From NCBI GenBank assembly GCA_017459225.1, contig JAFUDL010000137.1, forward strand, positions 1 to 37,790: a DNA stretch of 37,790 bases. Reading direction: 5' to 3'. The position numbers and the translations under genes are program-made. The notes under the pieces are model-generated. The model was given only the letters and a program-made list of their open reading frames with translations, made no database searches and was not told the origin of the DNA. The DNA is from Kiritimatiellia bacterium. Its GTDB lineage: Bacteria; Verrucomicrobiota; Kiritimatiellia; RFP12; UBA1067. How positions within the stretch are numbered: position 1 is the first letter of the stretch; every line of letters begins with the position of its first letter. This document shows positions 37,658 to 37,790 of this stretch, one piece after another.

Positions 37658-37790
37658 CTGGCCCCTATTTCAATCTTTAATGACGGATCAGTTTCACAGT
37701 CGTCAATGATTTTGTTGTAGGCATCAACTAAACGTGAAGCCATATCCTTTCGTCCAGCTTGGCAGAATAATCCCCGTTCGTTTAAGTTCA
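37654..37790 (-). CDS. Partial ORF (C-terminal 45 codons or more) translationally coupled to the RadC-like gene; unknown function
   Basis: My own translation gives ..NLNERGLFCQAGRKDMASRLVDAYNKIIDDCETDPSLKIEIGAR, with the stop TGA at 37656-37654 overlapping the RadC-like ATG 37657-37655 (ATGA). The frame is open to the window end. It could alternatively start at ATG 37743 (29 aa). Confidence 0.35.
   Translation of the reverse strand, partial: NLNERGLFCQAGRKDMASRLVDAYNKIIDDCETDPSLKIEIGAR

Noticed and set aside
1-37790. tRNA, rRNA, transposase, integrase or toxin-antitoxin genes
   Set aside because: I scanned all intergenic gaps longer than 60 nt by eye: 6019-6174, 13892-13990, 21846-21954, 22222-22346, 23793-23973, 30609-30672, 33163-33410, 34551-34618 and 36265-36727. 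None shows a cloverleaf-compatible arm pattern or rRNA-like sequence. No ORF has DDE, tyrosine-recombinase or serine-recombinase motifs. tRNAscan-SE and Infernal would be needed for certainty.

Overview
GC-rich 37.8-kb window. Every convincing gene except one (a dipeptidyl-peptidase IV) is on the minus strand. Most long ORFs in the track are antisense or alternate-frame artefacts of high GC. All family calls were made by eye from motifs, with no searches run.

Content from left to right:
1. A translationally coupled minus-strand operon (6018 to beyond position 1). It encodes a 1639-aa protein (transglutaminase-like, DUF4011-like, SF1 helicase, Vsr-type nuclease; Hhe-like architecture) followed by two paralogous ESCRT-III/Snf7/PspA-like coiled-coil proteins. 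The second paralog runs off the window. This is my best candidate for an undescribed system.
2. A divergent secreted S9B dipeptidyl-peptidase IV.
3. rpoN (sigma-54), translationally coupled to a secreted beta-propeller gene.
4. A run of very large secreted degradative or surface proteins: a glutaminase-A-like (alpha/alpha)6 protein fused to an EEP phosphoesterase, a protein ending in a DUF7402-like domain, a 2011-aa modular S8 subtilase, a 1128-aa beta-helix (PATR-like) protein with a repeated ~190-aa module, an FAD-dependent oxidoreductase, a two-domain glycoside hydrolase, a DUF5009/HGSNAT-like membrane acyltransferase and a secreted hypothetical protein.
5. One intact Arch_ATPase/DUF234-type ATPase and a decayed second copy.
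6. A gene-decay zone at about 23.97-25.16 kb.
7. An AT-richer right end with a 117-bp nested palindromic element, operator-like repeats, a secreted protein carrying an internal tandem-repeat island, and a RadC-like JAB gene coupled to a partial upstream ORF.

Nine extended -10 elements of the form TGn + TATAAT-like hexamer sit on the expected strand upstream of transcription units. I saw no rRNA, tRNA, CRISPR array, transposase or integrase. The protein repertoire suggests a polysaccharide-degrading member of the PVC group (Lentisphaerota, Kiritimatiellota or Verrucomicrobiota). That is a low-confidence inference.
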